Part shown: piece by piece, positions 1-9,515 of the stretch
Layout of the letters: every line of letters starts with the position of its first letter
Numbering within the stretch: the stretch's first letter is position 1
Origin: an uncultured Candidatus Poseidoniales archaeon
GTDB taxonomy: Archaea > Thermoplasmatota > Poseidoniia > Poseidoniales > Thalassarchaeaceae
Length of the DNA stretch: 61,993 bases
Direction: 5' to 3'
Assembly (NCBI GenBank): GCA_902530535.1
Contig: CACAAP010000004.1
Location: forward strand, 1-61,993
Notes under the pieces: generated by a model
The model's input: only the letters and a program-made list of their open reading frames with translations
What the model was told of the DNA's origin: nothing
The model's database searches: none
Position numbers and translations under genes: made by a program

Positions 1-17
1 AAGACGGGACTGCGTAC

Positions 18-749
18 ATGTTAGCGATTTCTAGTCTAACTGAAGCAAGGAGACATGCCGTACTGAACCACAACCCTTTCCTTGGCAGGATTACCCACAC
101 CGATCTAGGTGCTTTCGAAAACGGAGCCCCCCAGCAAGTGCTCAGTTTCCCAATGGAGCAGGGGGACTCATGGTCATTCACCCTATTCTCAATTGAGTGG
201 AGTGCTTTCGTTTCCGATATAGCAGGTAGTACTGCAGTAGTAATCGCCAACTCTGACGATGGTTCTAGGCTGGATTACGTTTTTGACAGCGAAATTGGAT
301 TCTTCCAGTCATTCACATGGAAGGATGCTTCGGGAACCTCGAACCTTAGGATGATGTTGTCGGACTCGGGTTCTGGGCACACTGGTGACGTCTACTTCGT
401 CAGAGGGGGGGACCTATTCAGCGAAACATGGGAAGACCCCGGCAATGATATTGAGTTTAGGGACACTTTCCTCGTCAACGACCATCCTAGTGATGGGGAT
501 TGGGATGAGATGATCTACTTCATGGACGCAGAATGTGGTTCTGGTTCATCCATTTCCTTTACGCTTAGGGACCATATGTCAATCTCAGTACTTGAGAGGA
601 TTTGGGGTCCGGGAGCTAGTGAGATGGGGACCCTGGGCACCATTCCCTATCCTTCTGGCGAATACACCCTAACTGCGACCTTCACGGGTGGATCGACGTT
701 CTTGAGAGTCAGAATTGCCGGTGGAATCACGCAGTCCTGGACACTCTAG
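18..749 (+). CDS. hypothetical protein, possibly the 3' part of a longer gene (frame stays open to the window edge)
   Basis: 243-aa ORF. No in-frame stop between nt 3 and the first ATG. No motif I recognise. Confidence 0.35.
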   Translation: MLAISSLTEARRHAVLNHNPFLGRITHTDLGAFENGAPQQVLSFPMEQGDSWSFTLFSIEWSAFVSDIAGSTAVVIANSDDGSRLDYVFDSEIGFFQSFTWKDASGTSNLRMMLSDSGSGHTGDVYFVRGGDLFSETWEDPGNDIEFRDTFLVNDHPSDGDWDEMIYFMDAECGSGSSISFTLRDHMSISVLERIWGPGASEMGTLGTIPYPSGEYTLTATFTGGSTFLRVRIAGGITQSWTL

Positions 750-991
750 AGGTATTCTAGAAGGTTGTCTGACCCCCCCACGAATATGGGAGCGTCTCCT
801 CGCATATCGAAAACCACAGGGACTGTCCTATGGCCGGTCTCCATCACGACTTCCTTTCGAAGGCCTTCGAAGTTATCCAGATTCACTTCGGAGTAAGTTA
901 GTCCCTTGGAATCTAGGGTTCTGAAAGCCCGAGTGCAGTATGGGCATATTGTCTGTGTGAATACCAGGAAGTCTTCGTCCGTAACTTCCAT
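746..991 (-). CDS. glutaredoxin
   Basis: CPYC active-site motif plus TVPVVF and GGSDNL motifs. I prefer the internal ATG at 991 (MEVTDEDFLVFTQTICPYC) because the 1036 start would overlap the upstream gene by 41 nt. Confidence 0.85.
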   Translation of the reverse strand: MEVTDEDFLVFTQTICPYCTRAFRTLDSKGLTYSEVNLDNFEGLRKEVVMETGHRTVPVVFDMRGDAPIFVGGSDNLLEYL

Positions 992-995
992 TATT

Positions 996-3900
996 TCATG
1001 CACTTGCGACAGGCTGCTCGCCCCCTTCTTCGGCATCCCACCATGGGGATTCCCCTAGGTCATCGAATTCATCGTCACCGTCCCATCTACCTTCGAGCAC
1101 GCGATCAGTCTCATTCTCATCTATGAAGAGTAGGAAGAAGGTGGTGACGAGGGTCAGAGCAGCGCCTATGTAGATTGCAGATGTGTAGTTGAAGACAGAA
1201 ATCATCCTCTCTGTCAGTGTGTATGCGAAAACGACCGAGGTATTCAGGATGGACATGTATGCTGTGAACTGGGTCCCTCCTACCTTGCTCCATGTTAGCC
1301 TCATACATAGAGAAATAATGCAAATCAGGGCGATTCCGGCAACGAAGTACTGGCCTATCAGGTATATTGTCATGACCAAGGTGTTCCCCCACATGGGCTC
1401 TAGGAAAGCAAAGGTGGCATTCGCCAGGGCCAGTACCAAGAAGGAGACCATAGCTACTCTGCGAATCCCAAACTTGTCTCCGAGGATCCCGCCGATTATC
1501 TGCCCCGAAACTGAGCCGAGCAAGGCGATACCACCGACTATCCCATTGTACTTCTGTTGGGACCAGCCTGCCTCATTGATGAAGATGTCAACGTAAATCG
1601 GGCTGGTGAAGTAATACAGCTCACCGAGGAGACCTGCAATAACCAGCAGGAAGGCGGACCTGACTGAGAAGGCCTTGGTCAGATAGAAGGATGTTCTTGC
1701 TACTGTTTTACTGACAGACTCTGGATCGAAACTGCCGTTTCCGGGTAGATAATTGGATAGTGCGCCAATTGGAGCAAGCATCAGCAATATCGGGTTTGGC
1801 AAAGCATCCTCGGATTGTGGTGAAATGAACCTTGATCTTCCCGTCGAAATCACCGATAGAAGAATCAGCGCGAGGCTTATCCTATTCGTTCCAGACCACG
1901 GCCTGAGGTCAAATCCGAGGATTTGTTTTGCCTCTAGGGCCGGGAATCCTATTCGGACGTTCTTACCGAAGCCCCAGTCTACCGTGAAGACATCCATCAC
2001 GAAGCCGAATAGCCAGATACACGCTCCCGAAACCGCGAGGAAGGAGGAGATTGATACTCGCTTGTTGGCAATACTGTAGCCGACTATTCTTGCTACTCGG
2101 AACTCTTCCTCTTCCTCCCATGGAGCCTCTTCTGAGTCATCCACCACCTCTGCAACCAATGCCCCGGAGTCTGTCCTTGAATCGAGCGAGTCTGTGACAT
2201 CCGTAGTTCTTGACCATGGGAACAGTTGGACGCCTGGCTTCTCGACCATGAGAAGTGGCACCATTATGATGAATGCGAGCATCACTAATTGCGCGGCTAT
2301 TACTCCAGAGATTCCTATCTTGGTGATTAACACCCCCAGGACCGCCCCTCCGAAGATGATTCCAACCCTCTTTGCGGCGAACATGAGCCCGTTCACCCTA
2401 GCTACCTCATCGGGCTCGAGGACCTCCACTGCGAGAGCGTCGGTTGCCACATCCTGCAGGGAAGAGAATATATTGTGGACGAATAGGATTCGCGCAACTA
2501 GGTCGATCTGCCCGTTCAAGTCCGGAACCAGAAGCAAGGAGCCAAGGGTCAGTGCCATTCCGGTTTGGGCGAATACGATCCATTGTCTTCGGGGGCCGTA
2601 CTTCTCGATGTAAATGGAGTCAACCAGGGGCCCCCATATCCACTTGAAGGTCCAGGGGAGAGAGACAGTTGCGAACAGAATCGCTATCTCGGGTACTGAA
2701 ACCCCATTTGCCACGAGATATGCTGCAAAGGTTACGCTTGCGAAACCCTGTGGCAACCCTTGGGCGAAGTAGAGTAGGCAAAGGGTTAGTACTCTCTTGA
2801 TTGGGTTCTCGGTTATCGCCCCTCCCTTGCCTAGCTCAGATACGTTTTTCGACATCCTCTCAGACCAAGACAAGGTTTCCTCTGGCTCTACAGACGAAGC
2901 CGAATCTTCATGATTTTCGTCGCTTTGAGAAGTCGCTGTTTGGAGCCATTCTTCCCTCCTACCGACGAACAAAACTAGGGCTATTGCTAGGAGGAAGGGT
3001 ACAAAGAAGGCGATTGGACCTAGGTTGGTCAATGTCGAGGAAGACGATGAGCCGGAAAATTGGGCATCGAGAAGAATCACCCTCCTAGCGTCAACTGGAG
3101 AAATACTGTCATCCGAAACTACCAGCCTTGCATAAATCGTCGAGTTTCCGGATTTTTCATGAGGGTCTAATTTTATGCTCCAAGATGACCAGTCCCCGTC
3201 CTTTGAGAGATCAGCGGCTCCCGACCAAAGGCCTCCGCCTACCTTGATCTCAACCAAGCCGGTGCCTGGGGCTGCTCCACTGGAGGTTCCGGTGACATAG
3301 CTCTCGTTCCCTATTTCTTGAAGTGTGGAGACTTCCATTGAGACGTTCAGGGATCTATCTATGCTCCCAGCCGCCTCGACGAAGGCAGTTGGGTCTGCCT
3401 GGCCGAAACCGAACTCGTTGTCAGGACGAGTTTCTAGTACGCTACAGTCGTTGAATCCTGGGTCGTTCAAGAGTTGGATGTCTCTCTCGATAGAGTGAGC
3501 TGAGATGATGTCCTTGAACTCTGTCGGAGTCAAATCGGGGTTCGCTTGAACCATCAGTGCAGCGATTCCGGCCATAAGTGGCGTGGCCATGCTAGTTCCT
3601 GACTTGCTCGTGTACCCATCCTGAGTCGCTGCATCGGGAGCCATGATGCTGGAACCTATCGTAGCGACATCCGGCTTTACTCGGAAGTCCGAGGTGTACC
3701 CTCGACTACTGTAAATCGCGAGGCCTAGGTCCTTGTCAAGACTGGCCACTGTGACTGGTAGCTCTGCGTCGCCTGGGCTGTCAATTGTGTTGCACCCAGC
3801 AAGGGTCGCTCCACCGAATTCGTTACCCGCCGAGAGAGTAGTTATGATTCCGGCCTCAACTACCATATCCATCTGACGGCTCCAAGCGGAGCTCCCGTCA

Positions 3901-4922
3901 TTGTCGATGTGAACCTCGAACTGCTGTTCTCCCAAGGAGGAGGTGACTATGTCGATACCGTACTTGTCCCTGTTGTCAATGGCCCACTGGGCACCTTGCA
4001 TCACATCCTCGATATCGCCATCGCAACAACCTAGGATGTTGATCAGGTAGGCTCCCGGAGCTGCACCGACATACCGCAAACCGGTTCCTGGATCTGTCTG
4101 CCCACCACCGGAACCAGCGGCAATTCCTGCGACGTGGGTACCATGGGTGCCCGAATCATATGACGTGGAAGGGTCTTGTTCTTCATCGGTGAAAACTGCA
4201 TCAAAGAAAGCAATAATCTTCGGATCGCAGTCCGAGGGGATTGGCTGTGGCTCTGGATCCAGAGGATCTGGCTCGGGAGGGTCATCGATACAGGTAAAGG
4301 GGTCATCGTCCATGTCGTTAAGCCCCTCATGGTCGCCGCGAACTCCGGTATCGAGAATTGCGATTACAGAGCCTGTTCCGTCTAGTCCGAAGTCATTCCA
4401 GACTGTGTCAACGGCCATGTTGGGAACGGCTTCGTGCATGTTTGTCTCAGCCAGTCCAAGATCCTCGATCATCACAACCCCACTGAGTGAACTGATCCCA
4501 TTTTCATCCAATATTGAGGACACGGGCGAGGTGGCCGAGACAGTATTGAGGTATCCGAACCTGAAAGTAACTTCGACCCCTAGTGACTCTAAGGCAGAGA
4601 TATCGGCATCTGTTGGGTGGTGGTCGTAGTCTACGAAGATCCTAGCATGTCCTTCCGGAGCACGCCTCCACCAATCCCTCTTGACTTCCTCCGGCTGCTC
4701 AATTAGCCATTCTAGTCTGTCGTCAATGGAGTTGGAATCCTTGTCTCTGCTCCAATGTGTCCACCATTTCCAATGTATGTCTGACTCCACTGATTGGGCC
4801 CACTTTCCTTCGGCATCAAAACCGCCTTTAGGAACTTCTTCTACCCAAATTGAGGAAGACGCCAGGGGAGCTATTAGGACCAATAGAGCCAGGGGAAAGA
4901 ACATCGAGCTGCGTCCGGCCAT
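996..4922 (-). CDS. secreted subtilisin-like serine protease (S8) fused to an AmpG/PAT-like MFS permease
   Basis: N-terminal signal peptide (MFFPLALLVLIAPLASS). S8 triad motifs AILDTGV, HGTHVAGIAAG and SGTSMATPLMAG. An internal anchor LGPIAFFVPFLLAIALVLFVGRRE, followed by about 650 aa of multi-TM sequence with GLPQGF...LPWTFKWIWGPLVDS (AmpG-like MFS signature). Confidence 0.8.
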   Translation of the reverse strand: MAGRSSMFFPLALLVLIAPLASSSIWVEEVPKGGFDAEGKWAQSVESDIHWKWWTHWSRDKDSNSIDDRLEWLIEQPEEVKRDWWRRAPEGHARIFVDYDHHPTDADISALESLGVEVTFRFGYLNTVSATSPVSSILDENGISSLSGVVMIEDLGLAETNMHEAVPNMAVDTVWNDFGLDGTGSVIAILDTGVRGDHEGLNDMDDDPFTCIDDPPEPDPLDPEPQPIPSDCDPKIIAFFDAVFTDEEQDPSTSYDSGTHGTHVAGIAAGSGGGQTDPGTGLRYVGAAPGAYLINILGCCDGDIEDVMQGAQWAIDNRDKYGIDIVTSSLGEQQFEVHIDNDGSSAWSRQMDMVVEAGIITTLSAGNEFGGATLAGCNTIDSPGDAELPVTVASLDKDLGLAIYSSRGYTSDFRVKPDVATIGSSIMAPDAATQDGYTSKSGTSMATPLMAGIAALMVQANPDLTPTEFKDIISAHSIERDIQLLNDPGFNDCSVLETRPDNEFGFGQADPTAFVEAAGSIDRSLNVSMEVSTLQEIGNESYVTGTSSGAAPGTGLVEIKVGGGLWSGAADLSKDGDWSSWSIKLDPHEKSGNSTIYARLVVSDDSISPVDARRVILLDAQFSGSSSSSTLTNLGPIAFFVPFLLAIALVLFVGRREEWLQTATSQSDENHEDSASSVEPEETLSWSERMSKNVSELGKGGAITENPIKRVLTLCLLYFAQGLPQGFASVTFAAYLVANGVSVPEIAILFATVSLPWTFKWIWGPLVDSIYIEKYGPRRQWIVFAQTGMALTLGSLLLVPDLNGQIDLVARILFVHNIFSSLQDVATDALAVEVLEPDEVARVNGLMFAAKRVGIIFGGAVLGVLITKIGISGVIAAQLVMLAFIIMVPLLMVEKPGVQLFPWSRTTDVTDSLDSRTDSGALVAEVVDDSEEAPWEEEEEFRVARIVGYSIANKRVSISSFLAVSGACIWLFGFVMDVFTVDWGFGKNVRIGFPALEAKQILGFDLRPWSGTNRISLALILLSVISTGRSRFISPQSEDALPNPILLMLAPIGALSNYLPGNGSFDPESVSKTVARTSFYLTKAFSVRSAFLLVIAGLLGELYYFTSPIYVDIFINEAGWSQQKYNGIVGGIALLGSVSGQIIGGILGDKFGIRRVAMVSFLVLALANATFAFLEPMWGNTLVMTIYLIGQYFVAGIALICIISLCMRLTWSKVGGTQFTAYMSILNTSVVFAYTLTERMISVFNYTSAIYIGAALTLVTTFFLLFIDENETDRVLEGRWDGDDEFDDLGESPWWDAEEGGEQPVASA

Positions 4923-4968
4923 AGGTGCCCGGACAAATGGTCATGTTTGAGATTTAGGACTATAATAC

Positions 4969-5868
4969 TCATCCAATAACCTGTACTCCTTGCTCTTCGA
5001 AGTCCCAATCCAGAATTTGCCAACCCTCATCCTCGATGTACTGAGTGGCATATTCCTTACCGGTAGGTGAGCAAAGCAAAGCTGAACACCCCCCTCCACC
5101 GGCTCCTAGCGCCTTCCAAGCCACGATCGATCCTGACTCAATCAGAGGCACGACTACACCGCGAAACGGGTCGTGTATAGTGGGGTCGATCATATCGACG
5201 CCCTCGCAGACCCCCCTCAAAGAGGAAACTACCAAATCTCTCCTATCCTGTTGCAAACCGTTTGCCATTTCTCTCGCAGAACTCCTTATCTTGTGCAAAC
5301 CTTGGATTACTCCCTCGTCCTCATTTGAGTAACTTGACCATACTGATTCCTGGATTTCCCCTGAATTCCTGCTATTTCCTGAGTAAGCAATTACCAGGTG
5401 CTTCTTCAGCCAATTCAATGAGGACTTCATCGGCTCGAAAGGCATTCTCTCTACCGAGTCTCCAATAAAAAGAAGGTGATTGAATCCGCCGAAGGTAGAG
5501 GCCCAATGATCTTGCCTTCCACAACGATTTTCTTTTGACTCTGAAAGGAACGCCTGCTCGGCTATTTCATCGGGGTTCTCTAATTGGCTGGGCAAATTTA
5601 GCGCCGCCAGTGCAACATTCATCGCTGAACTGGTGCCAAGGCCGGAACCACGAGGCACTGGAAAGTCGAATTCTAAATCAGAATCTTCCACTTCCTCACG
5701 TTTCCTTACCCTAACTCTACGATTGATCGCGAAGTTTACTACCTCACCTCCAAAATCTGTAGGATACGGGGGCACATCCGTCCACCCTCCAGCTAAATCC
5801 ACCCTTAATGGGGCCGACGATTCTGAGGGGCCGCTCACAAGACAATGCGAGAGGCTCGAAGACATCAC
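4969..5868 (-). CDS. GHMP-family kinase (fucokinase/HddA-like sugar kinase)
   Basis: LRVDLAGGWTDVPPYP N-terminal motif and PRGSGLGTSSAMNVA phosphate-binding GHMP motif. Confidence 0.7.
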   Translation of the reverse strand: MMSSSLSHCLVSGPSESSAPLRVDLAGGWTDVPPYPTDFGGEVVNFAINRRVRVRKREEVEDSDLEFDFPVPRGSGLGTSSAMNVALAALNLPSQLENPDEIAEQAFLSESKENRCGRQDHWASTFGGFNHLLFIGDSVERMPFEPMKSSLNWLKKHLVIAYSGNSRNSGEIQESVWSSYSNEDEGVIQGLHKIRSSAREMANGLQQDRRDLVVSSLRGVCEGVDMIDPTIHDPFRGVVVPLIESGSIVAWKALGAGGGGCSALLCSPTGKEYATQYIEDEGWQILDWDFEEQGVQVIG

Positions 5869-5897
5869 TTTTTCTAGACCGAAAATATCGGGTATCT

Positions 5898-6629
5898 ATG
5901 GCCTCTCCGCGTGACATGGACAATGAGGTGGGGGAGGCAATATCTGCCTTCAAATCTGGAAGACCTGTGATGATATACGATTCAGACTACCGAGAGATGG
6001 AAACTGATCTTCTTTGGCATGCAGCAGCAGCGACGCCGGAAGTGATTAGAAGGCTCAGAAGCGACTGTGGTGGCCTCCTATTCCTAGCCATAGGTAACGA
6101 AATTGGGGAAATGTTTGGCCTTCCTTGGTTACAAGATATTCACTCTCACAAGTCTTTGGTGGAAGAGAATCCTGTTCTAGGCCATCTAGTAACAAATGAC
6201 CTCCAGTATGACTCAAGATCTGCCTTCACCCTTTCTCTTAACCATAGGGAGACTTACACGGGAATAACGGATAGGGACAGATCCCTAACAACAAGAAGAT
6301 TTGGAGAATTATCTGGAGAACTGATTGAAAAAGGGGAAGATGGAGCTAGGGCGAAGGAAAGGCTTGGGAAGGAATTCAGAACTCCTGGCCATATCCCGGT
6401 ATGCAGAGAGTCTCCCGGTGGTCTAAAGACGCGTCAGGGCCATACAGAGCTTGCCGTTTCAATTGCGAGATTGGCTGGTTTGGCAGCTTGCACGATCGGT
6501 GCGGAGATGCTCGAACCGGATGGAGATGGCGCTTTGTCATTGGAAGGTGCTAGAACATACGCGAAAAGGCATGAGATTCCAATGATAACCGGCGAGCAGA
6601 TTTCTATAATTTTCAATGAAAAAGATTAG
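5898..6629 (+). CDS. ribB: 3,4-dihydroxy-2-butanone 4-phosphate synthase
   Basis: RPVMIYDSDYREMETDL, GGLLFLAIG and GHTELAVSIARLAGL motifs. The ATG at 5898 avoids overlap with the divergent GHMP kinase gene. Confidence 0.9.
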   Translation: MASPRDMDNEVGEAISAFKSGRPVMIYDSDYREMETDLLWHAAAATPEVIRRLRSDCGGLLFLAIGNEIGEMFGLPWLQDIHSHKSLVEENPVLGHLVTNDLQYDSRSAFTLSLNHRETYTGITDRDRSLTTRRFGELSGELIEKGEDGARAKERLGKEFRTPGHIPVCRESPGGLKTRQGHTELAVSIARLAGLAACTIGAEMLEPDGDGALSLEGARTYAKRHEIPMITGEQISIIFNEKD

Positions 6630-6654
6630 GCGAGGCATCAGAGGAGGATGGATG

Positions 6655-7113
6655 ATGACTAGGGTGATGGCGGTTGGGATATTCGATCTACTACATGCAG
6701 GCCATCTACACTATGTAGAGCAAGCGAAATCGCTTGGAGAGGAACTAGTTGTCGTAATCGCCAATGATGAAACGGTGAGAAAACAGAAACACGAGCCAGT
6801 GACAGGTCAGGACTTGAGGAGAAGGATGGTAGAAGGCCTGAAACCCGTAGATGAGGCAATAATTGGAAACCCCCCTGGAGTTCCTATTTTCGAGATTCTC
6901 AAGCAGATAGATCCGGATGTAATCGCACTAGGGTATGACCAGAAGCACTCTATAGATGCAATTAGGAAAGGATTGGATCGACATGGTTTCGAACACGTAG
7001 AAGTAACACGGGTAGAAGGCCTATCTGACGATTTAGATGGGACTAGGAAGATTATCGCAAGAATCCTTGATCTGTGGCCCGGAACAGAGGGTGGACCTTA
7101 CGAGGAAGATTAG
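6655..7113 (+). CDS. ribL: archaeal FAD synthetase (FMN adenylyltransferase), cytidylyltransferase-like fold
   Basis: MTRVMAVGIFDLLHAGHLHYVEQAKSLGEELVVVIANDETVRK matches the RibL/CTP-transferase-like HxGH N-terminus. About 150 aa. Embedded in the riboflavin operon. Confidence 0.75.
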   Translation: MTRVMAVGIFDLLHAGHLHYVEQAKSLGEELVVVIANDETVRKQKHEPVTGQDLRRRMVEGLKPVDEAIIGNPPGVPIFEILKQIDPDVIALGYDQKHSIDAIRKGLDRHGFEHVEVTRVEGLSDDLDGTRKIIARILDLWPGTEGGPYEED

Positions 7114-7114
7114 A

Positions 7115-7717
7115 ATGTTTACTGGAATTGTTGCAGGAACTGCTCCCATAGTGGAGATTGGTGGTGACGATTCAGTACGTACTTTTTCTGTGGACCTAAG
7201 CGGATTCGATACTGACCTGGAAAAAGGTGCAAGTGTATCTTTAGACGGAGTTTGTATGACAGTAGTGGGTTTAGAAAACGGGATTGTCTCATTTGACGCG
7301 ATTTCTGAGACATTGAGCAGAACTACACTTTCCAAAAGGCGGGTTGGAGACTTGCTAAATGTGGAAAGATCGCTACGTCTTGGAGATGAGTTGGGCGGTC
7401 ACATCCTCTCAGGACATATTATTGGTACGGCAGAGATTCTGAAAAGAGAAGAGGTAGGGGAAGGAGTAGATTTTCTGATCTCTATTCCAGAAGGGTGTAA
7501 CCAATTCGTTCTAGAGAAGGGTTACATCGCAGTTGATGGGATGTCTCTGACGGTAGGAAAATGCGATGAAGGTGGTTTCTTCCTGCACATAATCCCTGAG
7601 ACACTCAGGATAACTAGCATTGGGAATAAATCTGAGGGAGATTTGGTGAACATAGAGATAGACTCCAGGACGCAGGCAGTGGTAGAGGCAATGATGAAGA
7701 TGGGGGTGGAATCTTGA
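7115..7717 (+). CDS. ribE: riboflavin synthase, bacterial/eukaryotic trimeric type
   Basis: Canonical MFTGIV start and a two-fold internal repeat (lumazine-binding domains). The ATG lies 1 nt after the ribL stop. Confidence 0.85.
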   Translation: MFTGIVAGTAPIVEIGGDDSVRTFSVDLSGFDTDLEKGASVSLDGVCMTVVGLENGIVSFDAISETLSRTTLSKRRVGDLLNVERSLRLGDELGGHILSGHIIGTAEILKREEVGEGVDFLISIPEGCNQFVLEKGYIAVDGMSLTVGKCDEGGFFLHIIPETLRITSIGNKSEGDLVNIEIDSRTQAVVEAMMKMGVES

Positions 7718-8109
7718 ATCTAGGTATTGTCTGCGGCTCTTTCCACAGGGAACAAGTTGAGAGGATGCTGAAATTTGCTATTGATGAGGCTAGTTCGAAA
7801 AATTGGGAAGTTTCTGAAGTCGTATGGGTGCCTGGATCGATGGAAGCCCCCCTGGCAATAGATAGGATGCTTCAGAGTAACGAAGTACAAGGGGCAGTAG
7901 TGTTGGGAATTATCGAGAGAGGAGAGACCGACCATGGCCTAGTGATGGGGCAGTCGGTCACTAAGTCCGTGATTGAACTTCAAATCAAGCATAATAAGCC
8001 CATAGGATTGGGAATCATAGGTCCGGGAGCGGAGCCTGAGCATATCGAGCCCAGACTTGAGCCTCATGCCAGATCGGCAGTTGGCGCAGTAGCAGCAATG
8101 TCAGAGTGA
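7714..8109 (+). CDS. ribH: 6,7-dimethyl-8-ribityllumazine synthase
   Basis: MNLGIVCGSFH..., VWVPGSMEAPLA and VLGIIERGETDHG motifs, as in archaeal RibH. ATGA overlap with ribE. Confidence 0.85.
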   Translation: MNLGIVCGSFHREQVERMLKFAIDEASSKNWEVSEVVWVPGSMEAPLAIDRMLQSNEVQGAVVLGIIERGETDHGLVMGQSVTKSVIELQIKHNKPIGLGIIGPGAEPEHIEPRLEPHARSAVGAVAAMSE

Positions 8110-8118
8110 GTGAAGGTT

Positions 8119-8439
8119 TCACTGGCCAGGAAGGCTCATAGAAGGCAATTCAGTCGAAGTGGCTTCGTCCATATCCTCTACGGTGATAAGAGGTGTCAGC
8201 TTTCCATTGAAAACTCCAGATGCTCCAACGTGGAGAGAGAACTTCACTGCCATTGCCTGTGGGACATCGGCAATCATCATGAAATCCATCTCGCCGAAAG
8301 ACCAGTAGTAGGCTTCTAGTGACCCTCCCATCGCTTCAACAATCCTCATCGCTTCTTCCTTTCTTGCCTTGCCCCCATCTTTTAGTAGGCCAGCGGCACC
8401 TTCCTTAGTGTAGTTTCCAGAATACATGTATTTTGGCAT
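8119..8439 (-). CDS. GYD-domain protein
   Basis: About 100 aa. MPKYMYSGNYT start and a GEMDFMMI (GYD-like) motif. Confidence 0.75.
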   Translation of the reverse strand: MPKYMYSGNYTKEGAAGLLKDGGKARKEEAMRIVEAMGGSLEAYYWSFGEMDFMMIADVPQAMAVKFSLHVGASGVFNGKLTPLITVEDMDEATSTELPSMSLPGQ

Positions 8440-8478
8440 GAGTTGGCCGCTTGGTGGTTGTTATATTACGATTTCTTT

Positions 8479-8499
8479 CTCTATTTTATCAAAATAGAG
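8479..8499. promoter_or_regulatory. perfect 9-3-9 palindrome CTCTATTTT-ATC-AAAATAGAG in the divergent GYD/trxB promoter region
   Basis: Read directly. It lies in the 111-nt spacer between two divergent starts and contains TATA-like halves. Confidence 0.4.
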
Positions 8500-8550
8500 C
8501 GGGATTTCTGACTGTCAAGATTCAAGGGATGCCTTACACCTCGGTAACTT

Positions 8551-9480
8551 ATGGGAGAGGATGTCAGAAGTGTGATCATTGTTGGTTCTGGTCCTGCGGG
8601 ATACACTGCAGGCCTATACACGGCTAGAGCCCTGCTGGATCCATTGATGTTCGCAGGCTACATGTCCGGAGGTCAACTAATGCTAACATCAGATGTTGAG
8701 AACTTCCCCGGATACCCCAAGGGAATAGGCGGGCCCGAAATGATGATCGATATGAGGGAGCAAGCCGAAAGGTTCGGTTTGGAGGTTCATGACAAGAATG
8801 TCGAAAGAGTCGATCTTTCCGAACGACCCTTTCGGGTTTGGGTCGAAGGAGAGGAGTTCAGTGCTCATTCACTGATTATTTGCACTGGTGCAGAAGCAAT
8901 TTGGCTTGGAGCAGAAGGTGAGGAGGAGCAGAAAGGGCGTGGGATTTCCACATGTGCAACATGTGATGGTGCTTTTTTCCGAGACGAGGAGATCATTGTT
9001 GTTGGAGGAGGTGATTCAGCGATGGAAGAGGCTACTTTCCTGACTAGGTTTGCGAGTAAGGTTACTGTCATCCACCGGAGAGATGTGTTCAAGGCGTCAA
9101 AGGTCATGTACGAAAGAGCAGCGAAGCATCCTAAAATAGAAATCAAGACATTTAGGCAAGTGAAAAAATGGATTGCGGGCGAACAAGGCCTTACTGGAGC
9201 GGTACTGGAGGATCCACGAGATGGATCGGAGGAGGAGATTAGTTGCGCTGGTGCATTTATTGCGATAGGTCACAAACCAATTACTCAATTCCTAGGAGAA
9301 CAGATTGAGACTGACTCGGAGGGATACATAGTCCACAAGGAGAATACAATGACTGAGGTTCCAGGAGTTTTTGCTGCAGGGGATGTTGTCGACAAAAGGT
9401 ATCGTCAAGCGATTACAGCGGCTGGCATGGGGTGCCAAGCTGCGATTGATGCAGAAAAATGGTTGGAAGAGCAAGATTGA
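8551..9480 (+). CDS. trxB: thioredoxin-disulfide reductase
   Basis: GSGPAGYTAG FAD motif, CATCDG redox-active dithiol, GGGDSAMEEA NADPH motif and a GVFAAGDV C-terminal FAD motif. Confidence 0.9.
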   Translation: MGEDVRSVIIVGSGPAGYTAGLYTARALLDPLMFAGYMSGGQLMLTSDVENFPGYPKGIGGPEMMIDMREQAERFGLEVHDKNVERVDLSERPFRVWVEGEEFSAHSLIICTGAEAIWLGAEGEEEQKGRGISTCATCDGAFFRDEEIIVVGGGDSAMEEATFLTRFASKVTVIHRRDVFKASKVMYERAAKHPKIEIKTFRQVKKWIAGEQGLTGAVLEDPRDGSEEEISCAGAFIAIGHKPITQFLGEQIETDSEGYIVHKENTMTEVPGVFAAGDVVDKRYRQAITAAGMGCQAAIDAEKWLEEQD

Positions 9481-9515
9481 GGACCGAAGGTACCTTGATT
9501 GGACCCCCTTTCACG

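Noticed and set aside
1117-4950. Numerous 60-160-aa ORFs on both strands inside 996-4922
   Set aside because: All are nested in the 1308-aa subtilase-MFS ORF, which has clear domain signatures. The nested ORFs have no motifs and atypical composition.
5869-5897. FMN riboswitch or other leader upstream of ribB
   Set aside because: Only 29 nt separate ribB from the divergent GHMP kinase gene, which is far too short for an FMN riboswitch. Nothing resembling its conserved core is visible.
8110-8319. 69-aa plus-strand ORF immediately after ribH
   Set aside because: It lies entirely antisense to the well-supported GYD-domain gene and has no recognisable features.
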